Assembly: GCA_050301035.1 (NCBI GenBank)
Contig: JBNKYT010000013.1
Location: 81,796 to 145,795, forward strand
Direction of reading: 5' to 3'
Origin: Puniceicoccaceae bacterium
GTDB taxonomy: Bacteria > Verrucomicrobiota > Verrucomicrobiia > Opitutales > Coraliomargaritaceae
DNA length: 64,000 nt
A program made the translations under genes and the position numbers. Under the pieces are notes generated by a model. It had not been told where the DNA came from. It searched no databases and saw only the letters and a list, made by a program, of their open reading frames with translations. Positions 49,258 to 59,080 of this stretch are shown one piece after another; the stretch's first letter is position 1, and the number at the start of each line of letters is the position of its first letter.

Positions 49258-50067
49258 GTGTGGCAGATGGAGATAGTACGGGTCGAAAATGCAGACGGAA
49301 ACATTTACTACGGATCGGAAGTCGGGAACAAAGTGTTCCGGATTGAAGGCGATATCTATGGTGAGTTCGTACAAACCGAGGAGCGCTTGAATCCGATCCG
49401 GCGACTGGCCCCGGTCGTGCCCACCGCAATCTATGCCATCGGCCTCAACTACAGAGAGCACGCGGCGGAAATGAAGGCCGAACTACCCGAATATCCGGTC
49501 GTCTTCATGAAGAGTCCGACTTCGGTGCTCGATCCGCAACGCCCGATCCTGTTGCCACGACATCTCCACAGCGACCAAGTCGATTACGAGTGCGAACTCG
49601 CAGTCGTGATCGGCAAGCGCTGCAAGAATGTTTCCGTCGAGGACGCGCTGGACTACGTGCTGGGCTATACCTGCGCAAATGACGTCAGCGCGCGCGACTG
49701 GCAGAAGTTTCACGGTGGCGGTCAATGGATCAAGGGCAAGAGCTTCGACACATTTTGCCCCTTGGGCCCGATCCTGGTGACGGCGGATCGCATCCCAAAT
49801 CCGCAAATCCTACCGATTCGGACTATCCTGAACGGTCAAATCCGCCAGGAATCCTTCACCGGCGATATGATTTTCTCGGTGGCGGAGATCATCGCCTTTC
49901 TCAGCGGCAGCACGACGCTGGAGCCGGGCACGGTGATTTTAACCGGCACTCCGCCCGGCGTCGGCACCGCAGCCACTCCTCCCCGCTACTTAAAGATGGG
50001 CGATGAGGTCGTCATTGAAATCACAGGCATCGGGATGCTCCACAACACAGTCGAAGCAGAAGCCTGA
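49258..50067 (+). CDS. Fumarylacetoacetate hydrolase (FAH) family protein
   Basis: FAH-fold C-terminal domain pattern ([12 protein letters not shown]...[12 protein letters not shown]...[15 protein letters not shown]...[13 protein letters not shown]). ATG 49267 is an alternative start. Confidence 0.85.
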   Translation: MWQMEIVRVENADGNIYYGSEVGNKVFRIEGDIYGEFVQTEERLNPIRRLAPVVPTAIYAIGLNYREHAAEMKAELPEYPVVFMKSPTSVLDPQRPILLPRHLHSDQVDYECELAVVIGKRCKNVSVEDALDYVLGYTCANDVSARDWQKFHGGGQWIKGKSFDTFCPLGPILVTADRIPNPQILPIRTILNGQIRQESFTGDMIFSVAEIIAFLSGSTTLEPGTVILTGTPPGVGTAATPPRYLKMGDEVVIEITGIGMLHNTVEAEA

Positions 50068-50086
50068 CAAGCGGCCGATTTCCCGC

Positions 50087-51013
50087 TCACACCGTTTCCC
50101 GGAACTGAGTCGGCGACATCCCAGCAACCCGCTTGAAAGAGCGATTGAATTGGGAGATCGACTCAAAACCGGTCTCAAACGCGATTTCGCTGACCCGCAG
50201 ATGCGGATTTTGCAAGAGGTGCTTGGCCTTCTCCACCCGAACGCGGGCCAGATAATCGGTAAAGGTAATACCGGTGGCTTCTTTAAAAACCTTACAGAAG
50301 TGCCGAGTACTGGTATTGACGGCCTGCGCGGCTTCATCGAGCGAGATGCGCTCATTGAAGCGGTCACGAATGTAGCGCTTGGCTTTACTCACCAGTTTGG
50401 GCTCAACCACGCTCTCCTCGGGCTGTATGCTGTTGCTAATCGTGGCCAAATGCTCGGCGAAGGTCGACAGCAAGCGGAGCATCGCCTCGTATTGTTCCCT
50501 ATCAAAGACCTTGGTCTGGAAATAGGCTTCTTCGAGAGCCTTGAGATTCACTTGGCTCCCCCACGCGAGCAGTTGCTTGGTGGTGCGGGAAAACTCCTCC
50601 TGATTCGGTTGGTGTAGCAAGATCTGCCCGGTCTGCAAAAACGCAATCAGTTCGTCCCCCACCCGGATGGGCACCGCGCTGTCACACAGCCCGGCGAAAC
50701 AATGGAGCGACTTGGGCTCCAGGCCGGCTTCCTTTTCAAGTTGCTCCTGCATACGCAGGCAGTTGGCGCAGCCCTGATTGGTCTTCGCCAAAATCGCACA
50801 AAACGGGTTTTCATTATTAGATCCAGCCAGCGCATTTTCATAAGCCGCCACCGGACGAATCGCCAGCGGCAGCCCCGTCGCCTTTTGAAAGGCCCGTTCG
50901 TAGTCTTGATACAACTGCGTGCCGGACAGTCTGGCGACAATACCCGAGTCCCGCCCGCGACATGACGACGCGGTCTCTTCGGAAGATGGGATCTGGCAGT
51001 GCTCGGTAAGCAT
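50087..51013 (-). CDS. AraC-family transcriptional regulator with PocR-like sensor domain
   Basis: PocR-like Cys region (NPFCAILAKTNQGCANC...HCFAGLCDSAVPI) and C-terminal AraC HTH (RVSEIAFETGFESISQFNRSFKRVAGMSPTQFR). Confidence 0.85.
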   Translation of the reverse strand: MLTEHCQIPSSEETASSCRGRDSGIVARLSGTQLYQDYERAFQKATGLPLAIRPVAAYENALAGSNNENPFCAILAKTNQGCANCLRMQEQLEKEAGLEPKSLHCFAGLCDSAVPIRVGDELIAFLQTGQILLHQPNQEEFSRTTKQLLAWGSQVNLKALEEAYFQTKVFDREQYEAMLRLLSTFAEHLATISNSIQPEESVVEPKLVSKAKRYIRDRFNERISLDEAAQAVNTSTRHFCKVFKEATGITFTDYLARVRVEKAKHLLQNPHLRVSEIAFETGFESISQFNRSFKRVAGMSPTQFRETV

Positions 51014-51110
51014 GGGTTTCGTGAAGTTTTTCTAATATTGAGAAAATATGCGCAGTATTATGCGTAATATGCCGAGACAACCTACGGCAGTATCTGGAAT
51101 AATCAAGACC

Positions 51111-51593
51111 ATGCATGAACGCTTGGTCGGCTACCTCCGAGACAACCGGGATCAAATTATTGAGAACTGGTTGACGGAGGCTGAGATCCCCGCCCCCGAA
51201 AGCTCTGAAACAGAGACTCCGGAGCCGGGTGTGGTGCCCTATGCCTTTTTTGCAAACGCCGTCGACTGCGTCGTCAAAATCATCGAAACTGGCAAACTAT
51301 GCGCAGTCGATTCGAAGCAGACCCATATCAACAGCTTCCTCGGGATGACCTGCGACTGCAAGCAACGTTGCTTCGGCGGACGTGTTTGCATCGAGCTCCA
51401 CGACTCCGGCCTGAAGGCCTTCATGAGTGTCTTCGACGACGAGTGGGATACGGATCATGAATTCAGCACACTTGATCGGGAGTGCAGCGCCGACCGGATC
51501 AACCACGCGCTCTCCGGATTCTTCGCCCGCGAGATCGAGCTCTGTAAACGCAAGGACTTCCGCACGGACTGCCCATTTGTCGCCCGCGGCTAA
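51111..51593 (+). CDS. Cysteine-rich hypothetical protein upstream of the cco operon
   Basis: ORF with 9 Cys in about 160 aa (GMTCDCKQRCFGGRVCIELH and others) and no recognised domain. The start is uncertain (51048, 51060, 51069 or 51111). Confidence 0.45.
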   Translation: MHERLVGYLRDNRDQIIENWLTEAEIPAPESSETETPEPGVVPYAFFANAVDCVVKIIETGKLCAVDSKQTHINSFLGMTCDCKQRCFGGRVCIELHDSGLKAFMSVFDDEWDTDHEFSTLDRECSADRINHALSGFFAREIELCKRKDFRTDCPFVARG

Positions 51594-51608
51594 CACCTCC
51601 TACCAAAT

Positions 51609-51776
51609 ATGAACGTCCTCCTATTAACCGTCTTTCTGAGCATGCTCCTCGCATCGCTCTTTTTGCTCTTTTTCCTCCGCGAGCGGCGAAGCCAAAGCCG
51701 CCGCCTCGGCAGCCCCGAACAAGACTCGCTCCGCCCTTTTGACATCGAAACGCCAAAAATCGCTTTACGCAGATGA
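51609..51776 (+). CDS. ccoS: cbb3 oxidase maturation protein CcoS/FixS-like (55 aa, not in ORF track)
   Basis: My manual translation is MNVLLLTVFLSMLLASLFLLFFLRERRSQSRRLGSPEQDSLRPFDIETPKIALRR. It has one TM helix followed by a charged tail, like CcoS. Its TGA overlaps the ccoNO ATG (ATGA at 51773-51776). Confidence 0.65.
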   Translation: MNVLLLTVFLSMLLASLFLLFFLRERRSQSRRLGSPEQDSLRPFDIETPKIALRR

Positions 51777-54142
51777 ATACCAACACCACGACCACCACCA
51801 TCGAATACGATGACGATACCGTAAGGAAGTTCATGATCGCTTCCATTTTCTGGGGCCTCATTGGCCTCGGAGCCGGAGTACTCATCGCCACACAACTGAA
51901 CTACTGGCAAATGAACGGTAAGTTCCTCGAATGGATCACATTCGGATGGCTGAAGAGCGAAGGCGTCGAGTTTCTGACCTTCGGTCGTTTACGCCCGCTC
52001 CATACCAATGCCGCGATTTTCGCCTTCGTCGGAAATATGATGTTCGCCGGAGTGTACTACTCCACCCAGCGTCTCTGCCGCGCACGCATCGCATCGCCCT
52101 TGCTGACAAAGATCCACTTTTGGGGCTGGCAATTCATCATCGTGTTGGCCGCCATCACGCTTCCCGCCGGCTTCACCCGCGGGAAAGAATACGCCGAGCT
52201 CATCTGGCCTATCAATATCCTCGTCGCAGTCATCTGGCTCGTCTTCGCGGCCAACTTCTTCTGGACACTCGCCAAGCGCCACGAGAAGTCCCTCTACGTC
52301 GGCATCTGGTTCTACATCGCGACGATCGTCACGATTACGATGCTCTACGTCGTCAATCACCTCTCGCTTCCGACCAGCTTCACCCATAGCTACCCGATTT
52401 TCGGTGGCGTGCAGGACGCTCTGGTCCAGTGGTGGTACGGGCACAACGCCGTCGCGTTCTTCCTCACCACACCGATGCTCGGCATCATGTACTACTTCGT
52501 GCCGAAAGCGGCCAACCGCCCGGTCTACTCCTACCGCCTCTCGATCATCCACTTCTGGTCACTCGTCTTCATCTACATCTGGGCCGGTCCCCACCACCTG
52601 TTGAACACCGCCCTCCCCGAATGGCTCCAGTCGCTCGGCATGATCTTCAGCCTGATGCTCTGGGCACCGTCCTGGGCCGGTATGCTCAACGGCCTGCTCA
52701 CGCTCCGCGGCGCATGGGACAAACTCCTGAACGATCCCGTTATCAAATTCTTTGCCGCTGCGGTCACCTTCTACGGAATGTCCACCTTCGAAGGACCGCT
52801 CCTCTCGATCAAAGCTGTTAACGCCCTGTCCCACTATACCGACTGGACCATCGGCCACGTCCATAGCGGCACCCTCGGCTGGAACGGCTTCCTCGCCGCC
52901 GGTATGTTCTACTGGCTCGCCCCACGTCTCTGGAACACCAAGCTGCACTCCGTCGCAATGGCCAACGCGCACTTCTGGCTCGGGATGGTCGGCATCCTCC
53001 TGTATGTCGCCTCCATGTGGGTCTCGGGCATCACGCAGGGCCTCATGCTCAGTGCCACCACCGACGGCGGCACCGTCCTGCAATACCCGAACTTCCTCGA
53101 CACCTTACTGGCAATCCGCCCGGTCATGCTCTTCCGCGCCATCGGCGGCGGGCTCTACCTCTTCGGCTTCGCCATGATGGCCTTCAATATCTGGAAGACC
53201 GCACGCAGCGGCGAACCCGTCAACGGCACCATCGAAATCACTTCCTCGGTCGACGAGCTCGCAGGCAAGAAGCGCAACGGCTTCCACGCCTTCCTCTCAG
53301 CTCCGGTGATTTACGCATTGCTGATCGTCTTCTCACTCTGCCTCACCATCTTCAGCAACGGAGCCCTCTTCATCTTCGGAATGCTCCTGACCATCGTCTT
53401 CATCATCGTCGCCATCGCTCACTTCGAGGTATCGAAAGCGACGTGGACCCAGTGGTATGACGAACTCCTCAGCCACGGATTCGGCTTCAGCGTACTGACA
53501 ATTATCGCCGCAGCCATCGGCGGCGCCATCCAGATCATCCCCACGGTCACGGTTCAACGCGCCGACAACATCGAAGGCCGGTTACAAGTGCCCTACACCC
53601 CACTCGAACTAGCCGGCCGCGACATCTACGTCAGCGAAGGTTGCTACAACTGTCACTCGCAGATGATCCGTACGCTCGCCCCCGAAGTCATGCGCTACGG
53701 CGACTACTCCCACCTCGGTGAGTCGGTCTACGACCACCCTTACCAATGGGGCTCCAAACGTACCGGCCCCGACCTCGCCCGCGAAGGCGGCAAGCGCTCC
53801 GACGACTGGCACTACTTCCACTTGCTCGACCCGCGCAGCGTCTCGCCCGGCTCGAACATGCCGAACTACACCTGGCTCTTCAAAAAATCGACCAAGGTCG
53901 ACGAACTGCCCAGTAAGATCAACGCCATGCGCATGCTCGGCGTCCCATACCCCATCGATCTCTCGGAAGAAGAGATTCAGGCCCAGATCGATGAGCAGGC
54001 AGCCGGCATCGTCGAACGCCTCGCAGAGAAAGGCGCCTTCACCGAGCCCGACAAGGAGATCGTCGCCGTGATCGCCTACCTGCAAAAACTGGGCACCTAC
54101 GAGATTCACAACAAAAAGGACAACCGCGTCGCCTCCCGCTAA
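51773..54142 (+). CDS. ccoNO: cbb3-type cytochrome c oxidase, fused subunits I and II (CcoN-CcoO)
   Basis: Haem-copper oxidase core (HTNAAIFAFVGNM, WYGHNAVAFF, GPHHL, IGHVHSG), followed by extra TM helices and a CcoO module with haem c motif SEGCYNCHSQMIR. Confidence 0.92.
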   Translation: MNTNTTTTTIEYDDDTVRKFMIASIFWGLIGLGAGVLIATQLNYWQMNGKFLEWITFGWLKSEGVEFLTFGRLRPLHTNAAIFAFVGNMMFAGVYYSTQRLCRARIASPLLTKIHFWGWQFIIVLAAITLPAGFTRGKEYAELIWPINILVAVIWLVFAANFFWTLAKRHEKSLYVGIWFYIATIVTITMLYVVNHLSLPTSFTHSYPIFGGVQDALVQWWYGHNAVAFFLTTPMLGIMYYFVPKAANRPVYSYRLSIIHFWSLVFIYIWAGPHHLLNTALPEWLQSLGMIFSLMLWAPSWAGMLNGLLTLRGAWDKLLNDPVIKFFAAAVTFYGMSTFEGPLLSIKAVNALSHYTDWTIGHVHSGTLGWNGFLAAGMFYWLAPRLWNTKLHSVAMANAHFWLGMVGILLYVASMWVSGITQGLMLSATTDGGTVLQYPNFLDTLLAIRPVMLFRAIGGGLYLFGFAMMAFNIWKTARSGEPVNGTIEITSSVDELAGKKRNGFHAFLSAPVIYALLIVFSLCLTIFSNGALFIFGMLLTIVFIIVAIAHFEVSKATWTQWYDELLSHGFGFSVLTIIAAAIGGAIQIIPTVTVQRADNIEGRLQVPYTPLELAGRDIYVSEGCYNCHSQMIRTLAPEVMRYGDYSHLGESVYDHPYQWGSKRTGPDLAREGGKRSDDWHYFHLLDPRSVSPGSNMPNYTWLFKKSTKVDELPSKINAMRMLGVPYPIDLSEEEIQAQIDEQAAGIVERLAEKGAFTEPDKEIVAVIAYLQKLGTYEIHNKKDNRVASR

Positions 54143-54167
54143 CGCTAAACCCTAATCCTACAAAGCC

Positions 54168-54356
54168 ATGTTTCACCGTATCATATACAACGACTGGACG
54201 AGTATCATCCCGTTCATCTCCTTCTGGCTCACCTTCGGCGTTTTCCTCACCATCATCGTGCGCGCCTTCTTCCTCAAGAGCGCGACGGTCAACCACCTGG
54301 AAAACCTTCCCCTGGAAGAGGAAGAAAAACCCACCACCAACGCAGCAAACAAATGA
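54168..54356 (+). CDS. Small membrane protein, CcoQ/FixQ-like by position
   Basis: 62 aa with a single TM helix (IIPFISFWLTFGVFLTIIV). Lies between ccoNO and ccoP, with an ATGA overlap with ccoP. Confidence 0.5.
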   Translation: MFHRIIYNDWTSIIPFISFWLTFGVFLTIIVRAFFLKSATVNHLENLPLEEEEKPTTNAANK

Positions 54357-54955
54357 ACTCAGGCGAAGACAAAGATTCTCTCCCCGTCAAACAAGAAGAC
54401 CTCCCCGAAGGCGTCATTCTGCGCGACCACGTCGTCGACGGCATTCAGGAATACGATCAGCGCCTCCCCTTCTGGTGGCTCTGCATCCTGTTCGGGATGA
54501 TCATATTCTCCATCATCTACTGGCTGGTGCTGGATGACCGCAGCTACCGCGGAGCCGAAGATGAGCACCTGGAAAGCCAACTCGCCGCCATCCAAGCCAA
54601 GCGTCTGGCAAACTCCATCGACGTCACCAACGACGACCTGTTTTGGGAAATGAGCAAAACCCCGGAATTCGTCAAAGCAGGACAAGCCACCTTCGAGGCC
54701 AACTGCATCCCCTGCCACGGCAAGGATCTCCACGGCGGCATCGGCTTCAACCTCGTCGACGACGAGTGGGTGCACGGCTCCCGTCCGTCCGAGATCTACA
54801 ACACCGTCACCAACGGCGTCGACGGGAAAGGCATGCAGTCATGGGGCCCGCTGCTCGGGCAAAAGCGTATCGTCGAAGTCGTCTCCTACGTCCTCAGCAA
54901 AAATCCGAATCTGCAGGCTGCCAACGCAGCCAAAGCAGCACAGGCCAATCAATAA
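54353..54955 (+). CDS. ccoP: cbb3 oxidase subunit III (CcoP-like) with a single haem c site
   Basis: FixP N-terminal-like segment (DGIQEYDQRLPFWW) plus a TM helix. Only one CXXCH (ANCIPCHG) in 200 aa. Confidence 0.8.
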   Translation: MNSGEDKDSLPVKQEDLPEGVILRDHVVDGIQEYDQRLPFWWLCILFGMIIFSIIYWLVLDDRSYRGAEDEHLESQLAAIQAKRLANSIDVTNDDLFWEMSKTPEFVKAGQATFEANCIPCHGKDLHGGIGFNLVDDEWVHGSRPSEIYNTVTNGVDGKGMQSWGPLLGQKRIVEVVSYVLSKNPNLQAANAAKAAQANQ

Positions 54956-54973
54956 TCCAACCCAATCACGCCC

Positions 54974-56389
54974 GTGAAACCCAGCCTTCCATCCCGCGAA
55001 AAGCCAACCACCATCAACCGTGACGGCTCAAGGAAGTTTTTACATCCAGCCGATGTAACGGGTTTCTTCACGCATTCCCGGCGCCTCTTCGCGCTAATGC
55101 TGATCGGTATCTACGTCACACTGCCGTGGATACCGATCAATGGGCACCCCGCCGTCTTCCTCGACGTCCTGAATCGCCGCTTTCACCTCTTCGGACTGAC
55201 CTTCGCGGCACAGGACTTGTGGATGACTTTCTTCTTCATCTCCGGACTCGGGTTTTCGCTCTTCTTCATCACCTCGCTGTTCGGACGCATCTGGTGCGGC
55301 TGGGCCTGCCCGCAAACCGTGTTCCTCGAACACGTCTACCGCCGCGTCGAGCGTTGGATCGAAGGCGATGCCACCAAACGTAAGCAGTTGGACAAGCGAC
55401 GCTGGGACGGAGAAAAAATCGCCAAACGCGGGCTCAAGCATGCCATCTTTCTGCTGTTTTCCTCACTGATCGCACACCTGTTCCTCGCCTACTTCATCTC
55501 CATCCCGGAACTCTACCACTGGATGACGAGCAGTCCGACTGAACATTGGGGCGCCTTTGTTTTTGTCTTCGTTGCGACCGCCATCATCTACTTCAATTTT
55601 TCCTGGTTCCGCGAACAGCTCTGCCTCGTCATTTGCCCCTACGGCCGCCTGCAATCAGCTCTCATTGATGACGACTCCGTCATTATCGGATACGACGTCG
55701 CCCGGGGCGAACCACGCGGCCCGGCTAAGAAAGAAGGCTTCGGCGATTGCATCAACTGCACCCGCTGCGTGCAGGTCTGCCCGACTGGGATCGACATCCG
55801 CCAAGGCCTCCAGATCGAGTGCATCGGCTGCGCCAATTGCATCGACGCCTGCGATGCAATCATGACGAAGCTCCAACGCCCCAAGGGCCTCATTCGCTAT
55901 GATTCGCAGAATGGTCTGGCTGGGGAAAAACGCCGTATCCTCCGCCCTCGCATCTTCATCTACGCCGTACTCATGCTCCTCGGTGCCACGGCCTTCACAC
56001 TCTCCGCCCTGCAACTGCGCAGCGCCAACATGGGCATCGTGCGTATGTCCGGCTCGCCCTACTACATAACCGAGAACGCCGTCCGCAACCAGTACATGGT
56101 GCGCGTCATCAACAAAACGAACGATACAAAGACTTACAAAATCTCCAGTAAGGCCGAAGGGCAAACCTATCAAATGGAAGGCAGTGAAGACGGCATCACC
56201 GTTCCGGGCATGGGCGAAGAAGTGCGGCCAATTATCATCACCATCGCGAAGGACAACTATCAGGGACGCTTCCCACTGGAATTCTCACTGCTCGCGCCGG
56301 ACGGCGAAAGCATCGTCACTGGCGAAGCCGAATTCCTTGGTCCCGACCCGCGCTTGCTGAAAGCGCATAGCAAGAGCACCACCGAGTAA
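54974..56389 (+). CDS. ccoG: Cytochrome c oxidase accessory protein CcoG/FixG (4Fe-4S)
   Basis: TM N-terminus and two ferredoxin motifs (CINCTRCVQVCP, CIGCANCIDAC). GTG start per the ORF track. Confidence 0.9.
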   Translation: MKPSLPSREKPTTINRDGSRKFLHPADVTGFFTHSRRLFALMLIGIYVTLPWIPINGHPAVFLDVLNRRFHLFGLTFAAQDLWMTFFFISGLGFSLFFITSLFGRIWCGWACPQTVFLEHVYRRVERWIEGDATKRKQLDKRRWDGEKIAKRGLKHAIFLLFSSLIAHLFLAYFISIPELYHWMTSSPTEHWGAFVFVFVATAIIYFNFSWFREQLCLVICPYGRLQSALIDDDSVIIGYDVARGEPRGPAKKEGFGDCINCTRCVQVCPTGIDIRQGLQIECIGCANCIDACDAIMTKLQRPKGLIRYDSQNGLAGEKRRILRPRIFIYAVLMLLGATAFTLSALQLRSANMGIVRMSGSPYYITENAVRNQYMVRVINKTNDTKTYKISSKAEGQTYQMEGSEDGITVPGMGEEVRPIIITIAKDNYQGRFPLEFSLLAPDGESIVTGEAEFLGPDPRLLKAHSKSTTE

Positions 56390-56403
56390 AACTGAAATCC
56401 AAC

Positions 56404-56571
56404 ATGAGCACCGGTAGTCCCAAACGAATCGCCTGGTCCCTCTGGATCCCCGTGATCCTCGCCTTTCTTTTGATCATCGCCGTCTGGTCGGTGATCATAA
56501 AAATCGCACACGAGCACCCGGTCGAAAGCGTCCCCTTAGAAACGGAAACCGGCAGCGCCACACACGACTAG
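56404..56571 (+). CDS. 55-aa single-pass membrane protein in the ccoH position (not in ORF track)
   Basis: My manual translation is MSTGSPKRIAWSLWIPVILAFLLIIAVWSVIIKIAHEHPVESVPLETETGSATHD. It lies 14 nt after ccoG and before ccoI. Support comes only from position and the TM helix. Confidence 0.4.
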   Translation: MSTGSPKRIAWSLWIPVILAFLLIIAVWSVIIKIAHEHPVESVPLETETGSATHD

Positions 56572-56628
56572 CCGTGAACACTTCCATGGACCAGGCTTCG
56601 CGAGATTCGCGGGCCACCAGTTCAAGCC

Positions 56629-59049
56629 ATGCCAACCGAAGCCACCCAGCTCAGAAAATGCACCCACTGCGGGACCCCCTTCCTCCCGAAGGCGGATGAG
56701 AGCTATTGCTGCCACGGTTGTTACTACGTCGCGCAGTTGATCGAAGACAACGGCTTCAACCGGTTCTACGAACTTAAAGGAAATAAGACCGTCCCTCCCG
56801 TCGGCTCCAAAGTCTTTCAGGAAAGCGACACCCGACCGCTCCGCATGGAAATGGAACGGGCGGAAAACACCACTGACAAACCAGTCGCAACGGCCCGTTT
56901 CAGCATCGAAGGCATCAGTTGCATCGGCTGCGTCTGGCTAATCGAAGCCATATTCAACCGCCAATCCGGCGCGGCCCACGCGCAGATCGACCCGCGTGCC
57001 AACGCCGTCGAACTCACTTGGCAACGCGGGGCCTTCGACCTCCCCGCCTTTTCCGCCGAACTACAGAAAATCGGTTACCGCCTGAGCCCCTACACCGAGG
57101 ATGCCGCCACCTCCAGTGGCACCAGACAAATCACCCAGCGCCTCGGCCTCTGCGGGTTCTTCCTCCTCAACACCATGCTCTTCACCCTCCCCGGCTATCT
57201 CGGCATGGGCGGAGAGTTTTTCCTCGCCCCCCTGTTTCAAATGCTCGGGGCGCTCTTCGCCACGCTTAGCCTTTTCGTCGGTGGTGGATACTTCATCAGC
57301 CGGGCATGGAAAGCCGCTCAAAATCGAGTACTGCACATCGACCTCCCCATCGCCGCAGGGCTCCTCACCGCCTATACCGGATCACTCGTCGGCTGGGCCA
57401 CCGGTTACACCCAACTCATCTATTTCGACTTTGTCGCCACCTTCGTCTTTCTCATGCTGGCAGGCCGCTGGCTGCAAGAGTTTGCGCTGGAAAAGAACCG
57501 ATCCCAACTACAGCGCCAACAAGTCGGTCCGCGCGAAGTCACCGTGCTAGGCGGGTCGGAAGACGGCAAACGTCTCGCGGTACAGTCCGTCGCAGCCGGG
57601 CTCGAATACAGCATCGCCCCCGGCGAAATCAACCCCGTCGCCGCCGATCCGATGGACCCGACCGGCACGCTCAGTCTGGAGTGGATCAACGGCGAGGCCG
57701 ACCCCGTCATCTGGCAACAGGAACGCATCGCTCCCGCTGGCGCAATTAATGTCGGCCTGCACAGCCTCCGTTTCCGCGCCCGTGAATCGTGGAGCGAGAG
57801 CCTGCTCGCCAAACTCCTCGAACGTCCGGCGGACCCATTTCATGACCACCGCCTGCAGACGATTCTCAAATGGTATATCGGCGTCATCCTCGCCGTAGCC
57901 GTAACCGGCGGCATGGCATGGCTCGCCGCAACGGGCGACATGCTAAAATCCGCTCAAGTGCTCATTTCCGTACTCGTGGTATCGTGCCCCTGCGCACTCG
58001 GCGTGGCCTTGCCCATGTGCGATGAATTCGCCAACGCCCGCCTGCGCCGCGCCGGGCTCTTCATCAAATCCGCCCAGATCTGGGAGCGCCTGCGCCGCGT
58101 CAAAACCATCGTCTTCGACAAGACCGGGACTCTGACGATGGATATCCCCCGGCTCGACAACCCGGAAAGCATCAAAGACCTCGACCCACTGGCAATCCAA
58201 GCTCTGCACCATCTGGTCGAAAACAACCTCCACCCCATTGCCCGTTGCCTGCGGGAAGCGCTGCTGGCCTATCACCACAAAGCAGGCCAAACACTCGCAT
58301 CCGCCCCACACACTCAGCCCCGGGAAAGCATCGGCCAAGGCGTATCCTGGACCGATGCGGGTGGTAACGAATGGACCCTCGGCAAGCCCGAATGGAAAAA
58401 CACTTCCCCGGAAACCTCCCCCGCAACAAAGCGACAACACCCACACTCCGTCCTCCGCCAGAACGGCCTGTACATCGCCGCCTTTAGCTTCAGCGAAGAC
58501 GTGCGCGACGACGCCAGAGCCGTCATCGATCAGTTCCGTAGCGGAAAATTGAATACGGCAATCCTGAGCGGCGACGCACAACACCGCGTCGATCGGATTG
58601 CCGGTCAACTCGGCCTCTCCGACGATTCCGTGCAAGCCGAATGCACCCCCGCCGACAAAGCGACGTGGATCGACACTCACGCCCAAGGCCATGCCCTCAT
58701 GATAGGAGACGGGGCCAACGACAGCCTCGCCTTCGACCGCGCCGTCTGCCGCGGCACCCCCGTCGTCGACCGCAGCATCCTCCAAGCCTCGGCCGATTTC
58801 TTTTTCTTCGGCCGCAGCCTGCGCTGCCTGCCCGAACTCTTCCAAACCGCAATTCGGCGCCGGCGCACCGCAACCGTCATTTTCACAACCGCCATCCTTT
58901 ACAACCTCGCCGCGATCTCCATCTGCCTCGCCGGGGCCATGCACCCACTGCTTGCCGCCATACTCATGCCGATCAGTTCCATCGCCACGCTGGCCATCGC
59001 CTGGATCGGTATGGGCGGCAACCACGCCGCAGCATTCGAACGGCGCTGA
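56629..59049 (+). CDS. ccoI: Copper-translocating P-type ATPase CcoI/FixI
   Basis: N-terminal Cys-rich segment (CTHCGTPF...CCHGCYY), HMA-like CxxC (SCIGC), CPC (VSCPCALG), DKTGT (FDKTGTLT) and GDGANDS. Confidence 0.9.
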   Translation: MPTEATQLRKCTHCGTPFLPKADESYCCHGCYYVAQLIEDNGFNRFYELKGNKTVPPVGSKVFQESDTRPLRMEMERAENTTDKPVATARFSIEGISCIGCVWLIEAIFNRQSGAAHAQIDPRANAVELTWQRGAFDLPAFSAELQKIGYRLSPYTEDAATSSGTRQITQRLGLCGFFLLNTMLFTLPGYLGMGGEFFLAPLFQMLGALFATLSLFVGGGYFISRAWKAAQNRVLHIDLPIAAGLLTAYTGSLVGWATGYTQLIYFDFVATFVFLMLAGRWLQEFALEKNRSQLQRQQVGPREVTVLGGSEDGKRLAVQSVAAGLEYSIAPGEINPVAADPMDPTGTLSLEWINGEADPVIWQQERIAPAGAINVGLHSLRFRARESWSESLLAKLLERPADPFHDHRLQTILKWYIGVILAVAVTGGMAWLAATGDMLKSAQVLISVLVVSCPCALGVALPMCDEFANARLRRAGLFIKSAQIWERLRRVKTIVFDKTGTLTMDIPRLDNPESIKDLDPLAIQALHHLVENNLHPIARCLREALLAYHHKAGQTLASAPHTQPRESIGQGVSWTDAGGNEWTLGKPEWKNTSPETSPATKRQHPHSVLRQNGLYIAAFSFSEDVRDDARAVIDQFRSGKLNTAILSGDAQHRVDRIAGQLGLSDDSVQAECTPADKATWIDTHAQGHALMIGDGANDSLAFDRAVCRGTPVVDRSILQASADFFFFGRSLRCLPELFQTAIRRRRTATVIFTTAILYNLAAISICLAGAMHPLLAAILMPISSIATLAIAWIGMGGNHAAAFERR

Positions 59050-59080
59050 ATAAACGACAAGCACACATAAGACACTCAGA

